Shown here in pieces: positions 20,001 to 29,670 of a stretch of DNA of 64,000 nt. The position numbers and the translations under genes are program-made. This stretch comes from Calditrichia bacterium. GTDB lineage: Bacteria; Calditrichota; Calditrichia; RBG-13-44-9; J075. The notes beneath the pieces are model-generated. The model saw only the letters and a list, made by a program, of their open reading frames with translations, was not told the origin of the DNA and ran no database searches. Each line of letters starts with the position of its first letter. The first letter of the stretch is position 1. The DNA lies in NCBI GenBank assembly GCA_050633245.1, contig JBOEGD010000010.1:64001-128000 (forward strand), written 5' to 3'.

Positions 20001-20046
20001 CCGCAATGAAAATGGTTCCCGAAGTAAGAGAGCTTTTCAAGTTCAT
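16969..20046 (-). CDS. Multi-TM, CHASE-like, 2xPAS sensor histidine kinase
   Basis: About seven N-terminal TM helices (MAPNTA-type repeats), periplasmic domain, two PAS domains, VSHDLRAPLR, DNGAG, GTGVGL. Confidence 0.9.
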   Translation of the reverse strand: MNLKSSLTSGTIFIAGLCAVLLGLLVMLGWHLHLEALVQVLPMYAPMQYNTALCIFLSGLALLAILFGRKKIVFVCAVLPLLAGILTIIEYVVGINFGIDELFIQHDIMVRTSDSGRMAPNTAFCFVLTGVSLLLLLKSESTNRKSFIVSILSALIISFSAVALFGYIISTESTYGWGEATRMAFHTAAGFAIIGSGLLACLWRKELLSEDPNFYWLPLPAGIAILTVALCLSYALIVQENVRINDVLQVEADKVNNTTSAIFNSSVLALKRMSDRWLKQDIKKPSFFQEDAENYVNQFPQMEALAWLDKSTQLRWLVTEHEGPTAVESLLHSNRNIFKPLESEELESKVYLSDFLELESGKECFLVYIPLKTTGGRFDGFLTGVYRLDVLLDYAQGENFGNSFLISIVKNNRTIYSSAKSNRVEHFAQKTELTLFNRIWNMRLYPTPDFIAGKETALPRLSLFFGLLTTVLLMTSTRLSQTAKRQAIQLKELNAVLKSRVVEKNAELKQSELFWHTVFESVSEVIMVVNEKAEILLVNKAADGYDSNALLNSSIYEHVEKENADIIRESLEKTFQTRQPTRYAINTKNPQGKKLSYSCSVNPILTNEKVEKVVIIASDVTERARAAEKLSFQEHLYRTLIETIPHIVWLADKAGKVTFLNSAWYKLTNRDKRASLGIGWKDHIHPNDIEEFMNKREQASREGKSYYGECRFLTSNGEYRIYDYAGTPVLNPEGNITNWVGMYVDVTEKKHAEAQIFKLNEELEDRVKERTSQLEASNRELEAFSYSVSHDLRAPLRHMNGFMEALRERIEETLDEDSTRFMKLVMDAGNRMGKLIDDLLAFSRMGRTEFSRQMVNLEQLVSEVRNELIPEIAGRYIVWHVHPLPNVVGDRAMLKQVIVNLLSNAVKYSGGREEAVIEVGELQQDEYRTDDQKEDEAIIFVKDNGAGFDMAYVDKLFGLFQRLHRDDEFEGTGVGLASSKRIILRHGGRIWAEGAVNQGTTFYFSLPNKKEGVTSGNVTEAHPVG

Positions 20047-20253
20047 CTGAAAACCTAATCAGTAGTTCTGTTAAGCAAGCGTTGTCGTTTTCAATATGAT
20101 CGGCAATAATACAGTTTTTATGAATTTAATCGATAAAAAATGAGGCTACAGTTACTGGACAATTTTGCACTTCTGGTCCCAAAAACAGCAGCCATTTTTA
20201 ATGTCGAATTCATTTTCCCATGCATTCCTTAGAAAAAACCCTTACCTTCTGTC

Positions 20254-20595
20254 ATGGACTGTTTATTTTGCAAAATTATCGATGGTGCCATTCCGGCACA
20301 AAAGGTTTACGAAGATGATGATGTTCTGGCATTTCTGGACATTAACCCCGTTGCTCCCGAGCATATTCTGGTTATACCTAAAAAACATATCTCCGGTGTT
20401 GGCGAGCTAACTGCCGCAGAGGCCCCGCTTATGGGCAAGGTTATCCACGTTGCAACCCAGGTTGCAGAAGAACGCGGCATGAAAGAAACGGGCTATCGCC
20501 TCGTCATAAATAATGGACGGGACGGTCTGCAAACCGTGTTTCATGTTCATGTTCACGTACTGGGTAAACGACGAATGTCCTGGCCTCCGGGTTAG
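20254..20595 (+). CDS. hinT: Histidine triad nucleotide-binding protein
   Basis: DCLFCKI, HVHVH, C-terminal WPPG. Confidence 0.92.
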   Translation: MDCLFCKIIDGAIPAQKVYEDDDVLAFLDINPVAPEHILVIPKKHISGVGELTAAEAPLMGKVIHVATQVAEERGMKETGYRLVINNGRDGLQTVFHVHVHVLGKRRMSWPPG

Positions 20596-20606
20596 ACTGA
20601 TAACGA

Positions 20607-21008
20607 ATGATGGCTGACATGAAAAAATTGATTGTTATTGGTGATCGTATACTGATAAAACCAAACGACGCCGAAGAAAAAACAGAAGTGGGGCTTATAC
20701 TTCCTCAAACTGTTCGCGATCGGGATGACGTGATGCGCGGTGAAATAATCAAAACCGGTCCCGGTTTACCAATGCCAGATCCATCCGGTACAGATGAACC
20801 GTGGCAATCCGGCTTTGGCCCGGCCCGACGCTATGTGCCAATGGAGGCAAGGGTTGGTGATCATGTACTTTTCCTGCGAAAGGCGGCTGTTGAGATTAAA
20901 TTTGAGAGCGAGAAATATCTCATAGCTCCTCAAAGTGCAATTTTGCTGTTGGTTCGGGAAGATCGCCCTCCTCTCGAGCAAGGCGATGCCCCTCTTGACT
21001 TCGACTAA
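20607..21008 (+). CDS. GroES-family co-chaperonin homolog
   Basis: GDRILIKP, GLILP, TGPG and VGDHVLF Cpn10 motifs with an insertion. Confidence 0.8.
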   Translation: MMADMKKLIVIGDRILIKPNDAEEKTEVGLILPQTVRDRDDVMRGEIIKTGPGLPMPDPSGTDEPWQSGFGPARRYVPMEARVGDHVLFLRKAAVEIKFESEKYLIAPQSAILLLVREDRPPLEQGDAPLDFD

Positions 21009-21025
21009 CCTTTCCTTCATTTCCG

Positions 21026-23119
21026 ATGAGAAATAACATTTCACGACGCTTCGCAGTGCGCTTACTGCGCCTGCAGCGCACCGTTAACAGAAAGACTGCA
21101 TCCCTTTTTGTTCAGTTTCGCAGAGCAGAACACATCTTTATGGTTACCTCGGCAATAATTATTGGCGTAGTGGGAGCCTTTGCTGCAATTGTCTTTCGTC
21201 ATATTCTCAATCTCTTTCAATCTTTTTACTTTTCACCATCAAACTCCCCCATCTATACGCTTCAGTCGCTGGAATGGTGGCAGAAACTTCTGGTGCCTGC
21301 ATTAGGTGGCTTAATTGCAGGCCTTATTGCTCGCTATATTGCAAAGGAAGTAAGAGGCAGTGGCATCCCGGAGGTCATGGAAGCAGTGGCGGTGAAAGGT
21401 GGACGCATTCGCATTCGGGTTATTCTTGCAAAAGTACTTGCTGCCGCCAGCACAATTGCCAGCGGCGGATCGGCTGGACGTGAAGGCCCTATTGTTCAGA
21501 TCGGTTCAGCTATCGCATCCGGCTTTGGTCAGCTACTGGGTGTCGGAGCAAAAAGACTGCGCACATTCGTTGCGTGTGGAGCAGCCTCAGCTATTGCTGC
21601 CACTTTCAATGCACCTATTGCCGGTGCGCTTTTCGCTATGGAGATTGTCATTGGCAACTTTGCAGTAACACAGTTTAGTCCGGTAGTAATTTCTTCTGTT
21701 GTTGCAACAGTGCTATCCCGACATTATTTGGGAAACTCTCCTGCATTCGAGATCCCGGCCTATGAAATTATCAGCAGCTATGAGTTTATTCCCTACACCA
21801 TTTTGGGAATATTGGCAGGGATAACCGCTGTCGCGTTTATCAAATCTCTTGAAAAAAGTGGAGAGCTATTTTCGACTATTCCACTGCCCGCTTGGGCAAG
21901 ACCAGCCTTGGGCGGTTTTCTGACAGGAGTCGTTGCACTATTTTTACCGCAGGTGTTCGGCGTTGGCTATGACGTAATTACCAATGCCCTTTGGAGCGAG
22001 GGGTATCTTGTCTTGCTGATATTATTGATCCCTGCAAAAATAATTGCGACATCTTTCACCCTGGGTTCTGGTGGATCGGGCGGTATATTTGCTCCTGCTC
22101 TTTTTATCGGCGCCATGCTTGGCTGCGCAGTTGGTATTCAGGCAAATGCGGTACATCCGACACTCACTGCTGATCCCGGTGCGTATGCACTGGTTGGTAT
22201 GGGAGCTCTCGTTGCCGGTGCAACTCATGCGCCTGTAAGCGCCATTCTTATTATCTTCGAATTAACGAATGACTATCATATTATCCCACCTCTTATGGTA
22301 AGCTGCATTCTATCGTTGCTTATTAGCGTGTATCTGAAAAAGGAATCTGTTTATACGTATCGCTTACAGCAAAAAGGCTTGAACATTTTTGAGGGTAAAG
22401 ATATCAATTTGCTACGCTCTCTAACAGTGTCTGATGTACTGGGAACCGATATTGAGAAGCTTCCGGGTAACTCATCTTTCCCCGAGCTAATTAGACGCCT
22501 GATACAAAGCCCACATCAGGAATTTTTTGTTGTGGACTCGCAAGACGAGATGATCGGTGTTATTTCAGTAGTCGAACTAAAGCAGTTCCTAAAGCAGGAA
22601 GAGCAACTCAGCGGGTTGGTTATTGCAGCAGATCTTGCGCACCCGCCACCAGCCTATTTGTATTTGGACGACAGTCTTGACCTCGTCATGCACAATTTCG
22701 GCCGTTTTAATGTAGATGAGCTGCCGGTATTAGAGAGTCATTCCTGTCGGCGGCTGGCAGGATCCGTTCAGCGTCAGCACGTTATTGATGCCTACAACCG
22801 TGAGATTTTTAAGTGGGACCTTGCAGGCGGCATGCACAGCGTAGTAACTGCAGTTAGTGAAGATCGCATGATTGAATTGGATGAGGGCTATAGCATGATG
22901 GAAATTGACCCGCCTGATGGCTTTGTCGGCAAAACCTTAAAAACGTTGAACGTTCGATCGCGCTATGGCATTGAGGTTATTCTAATCCGCACGGCTGTTA
23001 GAAGCGACTCCAGCCTGCCCAGCCGACCCGGAATGATGCCAAATCCGGACTATGTTATTCAATCCGGCGACCGGCTGCTTGTTATGGGGAGTAAAAAGAG
23101 TTTGGAGTATTTGAAGTAA
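21026..23119 (+). CDS. CLC chloride channel/antiporter with CBS pair and RCK_C (TrkA-C) domain
   Basis: GSGIP, GREGP and GIFAP motifs, CBS repeats, C-terminal GKTLKTLNVRSRYG...GDRLLVMG. Confidence 0.92.
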   Translation: MRNNISRRFAVRLLRLQRTVNRKTASLFVQFRRAEHIFMVTSAIIIGVVGAFAAIVFRHILNLFQSFYFSPSNSPIYTLQSLEWWQKLLVPALGGLIAGLIARYIAKEVRGSGIPEVMEAVAVKGGRIRIRVILAKVLAAASTIASGGSAGREGPIVQIGSAIASGFGQLLGVGAKRLRTFVACGAASAIAATFNAPIAGALFAMEIVIGNFAVTQFSPVVISSVVATVLSRHYLGNSPAFEIPAYEIISSYEFIPYTILGILAGITAVAFIKSLEKSGELFSTIPLPAWARPALGGFLTGVVALFLPQVFGVGYDVITNALWSEGYLVLLILLIPAKIIATSFTLGSGGSGGIFAPALFIGAMLGCAVGIQANAVHPTLTADPGAYALVGMGALVAGATHAPVSAILIIFELTNDYHIIPPLMVSCILSLLISVYLKKESVYTYRLQQKGLNIFEGKDINLLRSLTVSDVLGTDIEKLPGNSSFPELIRRLIQSPHQEFFVVDSQDEMIGVISVVELKQFLKQEEQLSGLVIAADLAHPPPAYLYLDDSLDLVMHNFGRFNVDELPVLESHSCRRLAGSVQRQHVIDAYNREIFKWDLAGGMHSVVTAVSEDRMIELDEGYSMMEIDPPDGFVGKTLKTLNVRSRYGIEVILIRTAVRSDSSLPSRPGMMPNPDYVIQSGDRLLVMGSKKSLEYLK

Positions 23120-23125
23120 TTGCGG

Positions 23126-23173
23126 AACGCAAATGGTAGAGATGCAATGCATTGCGTCTCTACCATTTGCGTT
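23126..23173. repeat. 48-bp near-perfect palindrome with GTAG-type REP-like core
   Basis: AACGCAAATGGTAGAGATGCAATGCATTGCGTCTCTACCATTTGCGTT has one G.T mismatch and lies between convergent genes. Confidence 0.75.
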
Positions 23174-24455
23174 AATGATGATCCACCGTATGTCCCTGCA
23201 GCCAACGCAGCGTCACTGATTTTGGACGGATAAGAGGACTGTAAATAGCGCGGTTAATAACCAGCTGAGCACAGATACCCAGGATTTGCGCACTGGAAAA
23301 CATTACGGTATAAAATTCCAATTCAGTCATTCCATAATGATAGAGCATGCTGCCGGAAACACCGTCAATATTCGGGTAAGGATTCTTTGCCTTTCCTTGC
23401 TTAATAAGCAGCGGGGGAACCACCCGTTGCAACGCATCCACTACGGCAAACATTTCACCATTCGGAAAGACCTGTTTGCCAAATTCATACATCGCCACAA
23501 ATCGCGGATCTGCTTCACGCAATACGGCATGTCCAAAGCCCGGAATCACACGACGCTCATCCAAATGCTGTTGAATATAGGAACTCAGCGCATCGTCATC
23601 AGGTACACCATTAAATTTCTTATAGATAGCCATGCAAAACTTCAGGCATTCCTGATTTGCCAGTCCATGAAGCGGCCCCGCCAAACAATTCATTCCACCA
23701 GAAATGCTATAGTAGAGATCAGACAAAGATGAGTTTACCACTCTACTGGCCAGCACGCTGGCATTCGCGCCTTCATGATCGCTATGCACCACCACAAATT
23801 GTCGTATAAAAGATTCAAACGTCTCGTTGTGCTGTCCTAATCCCAACATATGTGCAAAGTTTTCTGAAAAGCCCAGTTTCGGATCTGTTGCAATTTTATC
23901 CTGTTTTTGCAGTTTAGAGCGAAAGATGCCCGCAGCAATCACTGGCAGTCGTGCCAGAATAGTCAGCGCATCCTCAAGCGTTGCATCCCAATATGCGTCG
24001 CGGGCCATTCCCTCGCGATAGCGCTTTACAAAAACAGATTCGCGCTGCATTGCCAACGTAGCCATGCTTAATAGGGTCATCGGATGCGAGTTATCGGGCA
24101 TGGCGTCAATCATTTGCCACACGTAATTCGGAACGTCCCTTCGCGATGTAATATCTTCGCGTAAATGCTCCAGCGTCCCGGCATCCGGGAATTCACCGGT
24201 GCAGAGTAGATAAAATATCTCCTCCCCAGAGCGATCAACAATATCCAGCACGGGTATGCCGCGAATAAAAAGGCCCTCACGCGCATCAACATAGGAGGTA
24301 TCGCAAAGAACCGCATTCACTCCACGCAATCCCTTTATAAGCTGCCCGACCGTCACTTCAGAAACCACAGCATCATGGTGATCTGTCAGCATCTGCTGCA
24401 CGTCTTTTCGCCACTTTGGAACCAGCTCGGAGAATCTTTTCTTTAACGTTTTCAT
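23172..24455 (-). CDS. Citrate (Si)-synthase, eukaryote-type
   Basis: GLRG, HSDHEGAN, LAGPLHGLANQE, PGFGHAVLR..DPR, PNID, RPKS. ATG at 24455. Confidence 0.9.
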   Translation of the reverse strand: MKTLKKRFSELVPKWRKDVQQMLTDHHDAVVSEVTVGQLIKGLRGVNAVLCDTSYVDAREGLFIRGIPVLDIVDRSGEEIFYLLCTGEFPDAGTLEHLREDITSRRDVPNYVWQMIDAMPDNSHPMTLLSMATLAMQRESVFVKRYREGMARDAYWDATLEDALTILARLPVIAAGIFRSKLQKQDKIATDPKLGFSENFAHMLGLGQHNETFESFIRQFVVVHSDHEGANASVLASRVVNSSLSDLYYSISGGMNCLAGPLHGLANQECLKFCMAIYKKFNGVPDDDALSSYIQQHLDERRVIPGFGHAVLREADPRFVAMYEFGKQVFPNGEMFAVVDALQRVVPPLLIKQGKAKNPYPNIDGVSGSMLYHYGMTELEFYTVMFSSAQILGICAQLVINRAIYSPLIRPKSVTLRWLQGHTVDHH

Positions 24456-24526
24456 TTGGTTTCTGCTGTATAGTCTGAGTTTTCTGTAATTTAGGCAATT
24501 TGGCAATTAGGTCGTTCGCTGTTCAG

Positions 24527-24575
24527 TTCACCATTCGCCGTTCGCCGTTCGCCGTTCGCCGTTCGCCATTCACCA
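24527..24575. repeat. Heptamer tandem array (TTCRCCR x7)
   Basis: TTCACCA, (TTCGCCG)4, TTCGCCA, TTCACCA. Confidence 0.9.
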
Positions 24576-24685
24576 AACTACTTTCGTGCGCCAGCCGTTT
24601 CAATGGATAAATAAAATAGTATCGGCGTCACAGCTATCGAGTATCAACAAAAAGTCACTTTTTTTACCGAATCACAAAACAACTC

Positions 24686-24715
24686 TTGAAATTAATAGTC
24701 TGGTTGTTATATAAT
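24686..24715 (+). promoter_or_regulatory. Putative sigma70-type promoter for the prkA operon
   Basis: TTGAAA-18 nt-TATAAT, about 250 nt upstream of the prkA ATG. Confidence 0.4.
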
Positions 24716-24965
24716 GAATTAGGTGTAGCAAGACAATTGTTCACCTGCTCTGATCATTGACAGGCATGTAATTACCGTTTTAACCCTTAATACGGTTTTG
24801 CTCTCCCACTACTGAGCGCGGATTCTTTGCACACACTCCTATTCTACCGAAACCTCTTCTCCTGTATTACCTATTCTTTGTTGTATAAATCATGGATGAT
24901 TACTCAATACTTGGAACCGGATTTCCTATTCCAAAGTGATACTAATATCTAACGGGAGACGAATT

Positions 24966-27026
24966 ATGGCCACAACCAAGCAGTTATTAGATTCAATACA
25001 AAAGAAATACTTCGACAAGGAGTTCCAATCACTTACCTGGAACGGCACCTTCGAAGAGTATCTCGAAATCGTTAAAAAGAATACCAGCGTTACCCGCAGT
25101 GCCTATCAACGCCTCTACGATATGATTCTGTCTTATGGGACGGAAGAATATGAAGACTCGCGTAAAAAAATGACTCACTATCACTTTTTCGATGATCCAA
25201 TCGAAGATGGCAAAGATGCCGTCTTTGGTCTCGATGTATATTTGATGAAGCTAATGAATAGCCTGAAGTCGGCGGCCTATCGCTATGGAACCGAACGCCG
25301 CGTTTTACTTCTTCACGGGCCGGTTGGAAGCTCAAAGAGTACCATCGCCCGGTTAATCAAAAAAGGTATGGAGCATTATTCTCGTACAAATGAAGGCGCT
25401 ATTTACTCCTTCGAGTGGCTGGACGTACCGAAGTTTTTTTCCGATCCGGATAATTCACCGCGCGAGACGGTGCCCTGCCCGATGCATGAAGAACCACTTA
25501 ATTTTATTCCGATAGGATTCCGCAGCGAGTTTCTAAATGACTTACTCGGCGATGCCAGCGAAGATGTGGTTATTGAAGGGAGCCTCTGTCCCAGCTGCCG
25601 CCAAATCTACCGAGACATGGTTACACTACACGACGGCGATTGGAGAAAAGTGCTGTCGCATATAAAAGTGAAACGCATCCTTTTATCAGAAAAAGATCGC
25701 GTTGGAATAGGAACCTTCCAGCCAAAAGATGAAAAAAATCAAGACTCGACTGAGCTAACCGGCGACATTAACTATCGTAAAATTGCAGAGTATGGCTCCG
25801 ATTCGGATCCTCGTGCATTCAATTTTGACGGTGAATTCAACGTGGCCAATCGCGGCGTTATCGAGTTTATAGAGATGCTGAAGTTGGACGTTGCCTTTCT
25901 ATACGACTTGCTAAGCGCCAGCCAGGAACATAAGATTAAGCCGAAGAAATTTCCGCAAACCGATATTGATGAAGTTATTATTGGCCACACCAACGAACCG
26001 GAATACCGTAAGCTGCAGAACAATGAGTTCATGGAAGCCCTGCGAGATCGCACCGTAAAAATCGATATCCCCTACATCACCAAGCTGTCTGAGGAAATCA
26101 AGATCTATCGTAAAGACTACAACAATAGTAAGATTCGCGGGAAATCTATTGCACCACATACCATCGAGATGGCGGCTATGTGGGCTGTTTTGACCCGGCT
26201 GGAGGAACCCAAGAAGGCCAATCTGACACTGGTGCAAAAAATGAAGCTCTACGACGGAAAGCTGATGCCCGGTTACACAGAAGACAATGTGCGGGAGCTT
26301 CGCAAAGAGGCCATTCGCGAAGGCATGGAAGGTATCTCACCCCGCTATGTGCAGGACAAGATATCAAATGCCATCGTAAAATTTCCAAACGAGCCTACGG
26401 TGAATCCGTTCATGGTTCTTAACGAACTGGAGAGCGGTCTCAACCATCATAGTTTAATGACCGATGAGGATCGCAAAAAACGCTATCGCGAAATCATCCA
26501 GGTTGTAAAGAAAGAATATACCGAGATCGTAAAAAATGAAGTTCAGCGCGCCATCAGTGCCGATGAGGACGGTATTAAACGTCTCTTCGCCAATTACATC
26601 GACAACGTAAAGGCCTACGTTCAGAAAGAAAAAGTAAAGAACAAGTATACCGGTGAAGACGAAGAGCCAAACGCCAAGCTGATGCGCTCTATCGAGGAAA
26701 AGATTGATATCCCGGAAAGCCGTATGGATGACTTCCGACGCGAGATTATGAATTACATCGGTGCCCTTTCGCTTGAAGGGAAAAAATTCGACTGGCGCAG
26801 TAATGATCGTCTGGCCAAAGCACTTGAGCTAAAACTCTTCGAAGATCAAAAGGATTCCATCAAACTATCCTCGTTGGTTTCGCAGGTGATGGACAAGGAC
26901 ACGCAGGAGAAAATCGAAGTCGTAAAGTCCCGCTTAATTAAAGATTTTGGCTACGATGAGCACAGCGCAACAGACGTATTAAACTATGTAGCAAGCATCT
27001 TTGCACGCGGAGATATTCAGGACTAA
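24966..27026 (+). CDS. prkA: PrkA/YeaG family AAA+ ATPase (annotated serine protein kinase)
   Basis: [10 protein letters not shown] Walker [41 protein letters not shown] at 24966 follows GGAGA. Confidence 0.95.
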   Translation: MATTKQLLDSIQKKYFDKEFQSLTWNGTFEEYLEIVKKNTSVTRSAYQRLYDMILSYGTEEYEDSRKKMTHYHFFDDPIEDGKDAVFGLDVYLMKLMNSLKSAAYRYGTERRVLLLHGPVGSSKSTIARLIKKGMEHYSRTNEGAIYSFEWLDVPKFFSDPDNSPRETVPCPMHEEPLNFIPIGFRSEFLNDLLGDASEDVVIEGSLCPSCRQIYRDMVTLHDGDWRKVLSHIKVKRILLSEKDRVGIGTFQPKDEKNQDSTELTGDINYRKIAEYGSDSDPRAFNFDGEFNVANRGVIEFIEMLKLDVAFLYDLLSASQEHKIKPKKFPQTDIDEVIIGHTNEPEYRKLQNNEFMEALRDRTVKIDIPYITKLSEEIKIYRKDYNNSKIRGKSIAPHTIEMAAMWAVLTRLEEPKKANLTLVQKMKLYDGKLMPGYTEDNVRELRKEAIREGMEGISPRYVQDKISNAIVKFPNEPTVNPFMVLNELESGLNHHSLMTDEDRKKRYREIIQVVKKEYTEIVKNEVQRAISADEDGIKRLFANYIDNVKAYVQKEKVKNKYTGEDEEPNAKLMRSIEEKIDIPESRMDDFRREIMNYIGALSLEGKKFDWRSNDRLAKALELKLFEDQKDSIKLSSLVSQVMDKDTQEKIEVVKSRLIKDFGYDEHSATDVLNYVASIFARGDIQD

Positions 27027-27048
27027 TCAGGCGAAAAACGAGGACATT

Positions 27049-28155
27049 ATGTTACTTCATATAGAAAACGATCACAATCGCTTTCGCCAGATTATTAAGG
27101 GAAAGATTAAGGGTAATCTGCGAAAGTATATCTCTAATGGTGAGATGATCGGCAGGCAAGGCAAGGAGTTGGTTAGCATTCCTCTGCCACAAATTGATAC
27201 GCCGAAGTTTCGCTTTGGAGACAATGGACGTGGCGGCGCAGCGGAGGGCAAGGGAGAGCCCGGCACACCCGTAAGCGGTCAGGATGGCGAAGAAGGGCAA
27301 GGACAGGCAGGTAATCAACCGGGACAGCATCTGCGAGAAGTAGAACTGACCATGGAAGAACTCGCCGAAATTCTCGGTGAAGAGCTGGAGCTGCCCAACA
27401 TTGAACCACGCGGTAAAAAAGAGATCCAATCAGAAAAAGATAAGTATACCGGCATTAGCAAAGTAGGGCCGGAATCGCTCCGGCATTTTAAGCGCACCTT
27501 TCGCGAGGCGCTGAAGCGTCAAATAATTACCGGTCAATTTAATATCGAGCGCCCGCAGATCGTGCCGATTCGTGACGACTTCCGCTATCGCTCGTGGAAA
27601 ACAACAACGCTGCCGCAAAGCAACGCCGTTATTATCTATATGATGGATGTCTCAGGCTCTATGTGGGACGATCAGAAGCAGATTGTGCGGCTGGAAACGT
27701 TTTGGCTGGACACCTGGCTCAATTATCAATACAAGGGATTACAAACTCGCTACATCGTGCACGACGCTCAGGCTGCGGAAGTTGATCGCGATACATTTTT
27801 TACCATTCGCGAAAACGGCGGCACCGTTATTTCCTCAGCATACGAATTGTGTAATAAAATTATCGAAGAAGACTATCCCGTTGAAGAGTGGAATATCTAC
27901 TGTTTCCATTTTTCCGACGGTGACAACTGGTCTCGCGAAGACAATAAGACCTGTGCAGAAGTCCTGCAGAGTAAGTTACTACCGAAGTGCAATCTATTTG
28001 GCTACGGTCAGGTAGAAAGCACCTACGGCAGCGGTGAATTCATCGATTTTCTGGAAGGGAATATCGAAGACAAGGACAATGTAGTGCTCTCCTATATTCC
28101 GGACAAGGATGCCATCTACGATTCAATAAAAGAATTTTTGGGGAAGGGAAAATGA
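27049..28155 (+). CDS. YeaH/YhbH (DUF444) vWA-domain protein
   Basis: DHNRF, Gly-rich linker, DFRY, MDVSGSM MIDAS motif, GGT, FSDGDNW. ATG at 27049. Confidence 0.92.
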   Translation: MLLHIENDHNRFRQIIKGKIKGNLRKYISNGEMIGRQGKELVSIPLPQIDTPKFRFGDNGRGGAAEGKGEPGTPVSGQDGEEGQGQAGNQPGQHLREVELTMEELAEILGEELELPNIEPRGKKEIQSEKDKYTGISKVGPESLRHFKRTFREALKRQIITGQFNIERPQIVPIRDDFRYRSWKTTTLPQSNAVIIYMMDVSGSMWDDQKQIVRLETFWLDTWLNYQYKGLQTRYIVHDAQAAEVDRDTFFTIRENGGTVISSAYELCNKIIEEDYPVEEWNIYCFHFSDGDNWSREDNKTCAEVLQSKLLPKCNLFGYGQVESTYGSGEFIDFLEGNIEDKDNVVLSYIPDKDAIYDSIKEFLGKGK

Positions 28156-29639
28156 GCCAAAGCGCAACGCAGGAAGACATTCTCCGGATTCAACCCGGAA
28201 TCGAAAAGCTGGCCGCGGATTATGGGCTGGACTTTTTCCCGGTCATCTTCGAGATGGTTGACTGGGATACAATGAACCAACTCGCAGCCTACGGCGGCTT
28301 TCCGGTTCGCTATCCACACTGGCGCTTTGGAATGGAATACGATCAGCTCTCCAAAGGCTATCGCTATGGGCTGCAAAAAATTTACGAGATGGTTATCAAC
28401 ACCAATCCGTGTTATGCCTATCTCATGAAATCGAATCCGATGGTCGATCAAAAATTGGTTATGGCACATGTGTATGCTCACTGCGACTTCTTCAAAAACA
28501 ACTACTACTTCTCGCATACCAATCGCAAAATGATCGATGAGATGGCGAACCATGCTATCCGCATCAGACGCTATATAGATCAGTTCGGTTTAGAAACGGT
28601 TGAGAGTTTTGTTGACGTCTGTCTGTCTCTGGAAAATTTAATCGATTATCATTCACCCTATATTAAGCGCAAAAATGCAATGGAAGACAATGGCTCTCCA
28701 AAAGAAGTGCGCAAGTTGAAAAGCAAGCGCTACATGGAAAGCTACATTAATCCACCCGAATTCATTGAACATCAAAAAGAGCAGCTCGCCAGCCAGATTC
28801 AAACCGATTCGCGAGCGCTGCCGGCAAATCCACAGCGAGATGTGCTATTTTTTCTGATGGATAATGCTCCGCTTCAAGCCTGGCAGCACGACATACTTTC
28901 CATTATTCGGGAGGAAGCATACTATTTTGCCCCACAAGGCATGACGAAAATCATGAATGAAGGCTGGGCAACATATTGGCATTCCAAGATGATGACACGT
29001 CATATTCTGGAACCGTCTGAAGTTATCGATTATGCCGAACATCATTCCGGAACGATTGCCAATCATCAGGGACGCCTGAACCCCTATCGCATGGGGGTTT
29101 TTCTTTTTCAGAATATTGAAGAACGCTGGAATAAGGGGCAGTTTGGAAAGGACTATGAAGAGTGCCAGGATATTCGTGAAAAGCGTAACTGGAATCGCAA
29201 TACCAATCTTGGCATGGAAAAGATTTTTGAGGTTCGAAAGATCTACAATGACGTAACGTTTATCGATACTTTTTTAACAGAAGAATTTTGCCGGGAACAT
29301 GACATGTTCTCTTTTGCGTATAACAAAGGTAACAAACGCTACGAGATTCAGTCTCGAGAGTTCGACATGATCAAGCAGCAGCTTTTAAAGAGCCTGACAA
29401 ATATGGGTCAACCGATCATTGAGGTACAGGACGCGAACTATGAGAACCGTGGCGAACTTTTATTGACTCATACCTTTGAAGGGGTTGAAATTGATAAAAA
29501 ATATGTCGAAGATACATTACGAAATCTGCACGTGCTCTGGCAAAGGCCAGTGCATTTGCAATCCATGTTCGACGATAAGCCTGCGCTTCTAACGTATTCC
29601 GGCAAAGACTTTAAGCAAACGTGGATAACTTTTAACTGA
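28152..29639 (+). CDS. SpoVR/YcgB family protein
   Basis: [48 protein letters not shown] overlap with the upstream gene. Confidence 0.95.
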   Translation: MSQSATQEDILRIQPGIEKLAADYGLDFFPVIFEMVDWDTMNQLAAYGGFPVRYPHWRFGMEYDQLSKGYRYGLQKIYEMVINTNPCYAYLMKSNPMVDQKLVMAHVYAHCDFFKNNYYFSHTNRKMIDEMANHAIRIRRYIDQFGLETVESFVDVCLSLENLIDYHSPYIKRKNAMEDNGSPKEVRKLKSKRYMESYINPPEFIEHQKEQLASQIQTDSRALPANPQRDVLFFLMDNAPLQAWQHDILSIIREEAYYFAPQGMTKIMNEGWATYWHSKMMTRHILEPSEVIDYAEHHSGTIANHQGRLNPYRMGVFLFQNIEERWNKGQFGKDYEECQDIREKRNWNRNTNLGMEKIFEVRKIYNDVTFIDTFLTEEFCREHDMFSFAYNKGNKRYEIQSREFDMIKQQLLKSLTNMGQPIIEVQDANYENRGELLLTHTFEGVEIDKKYVEDTLRNLHVLWQRPVHLQSMFDDKPALLTYSGKDFKQTWITFN

Positions 29640-29670
29640 TTTTTGCAATCGCGAAAGGGGAAACAAACGC

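Noticed and set aside
24892-24939. 15-codon uORF ([15 protein letters not shown]) before prkA
   Set aside because: No SD and no informative codon run; an ORF this short is expected by chance.
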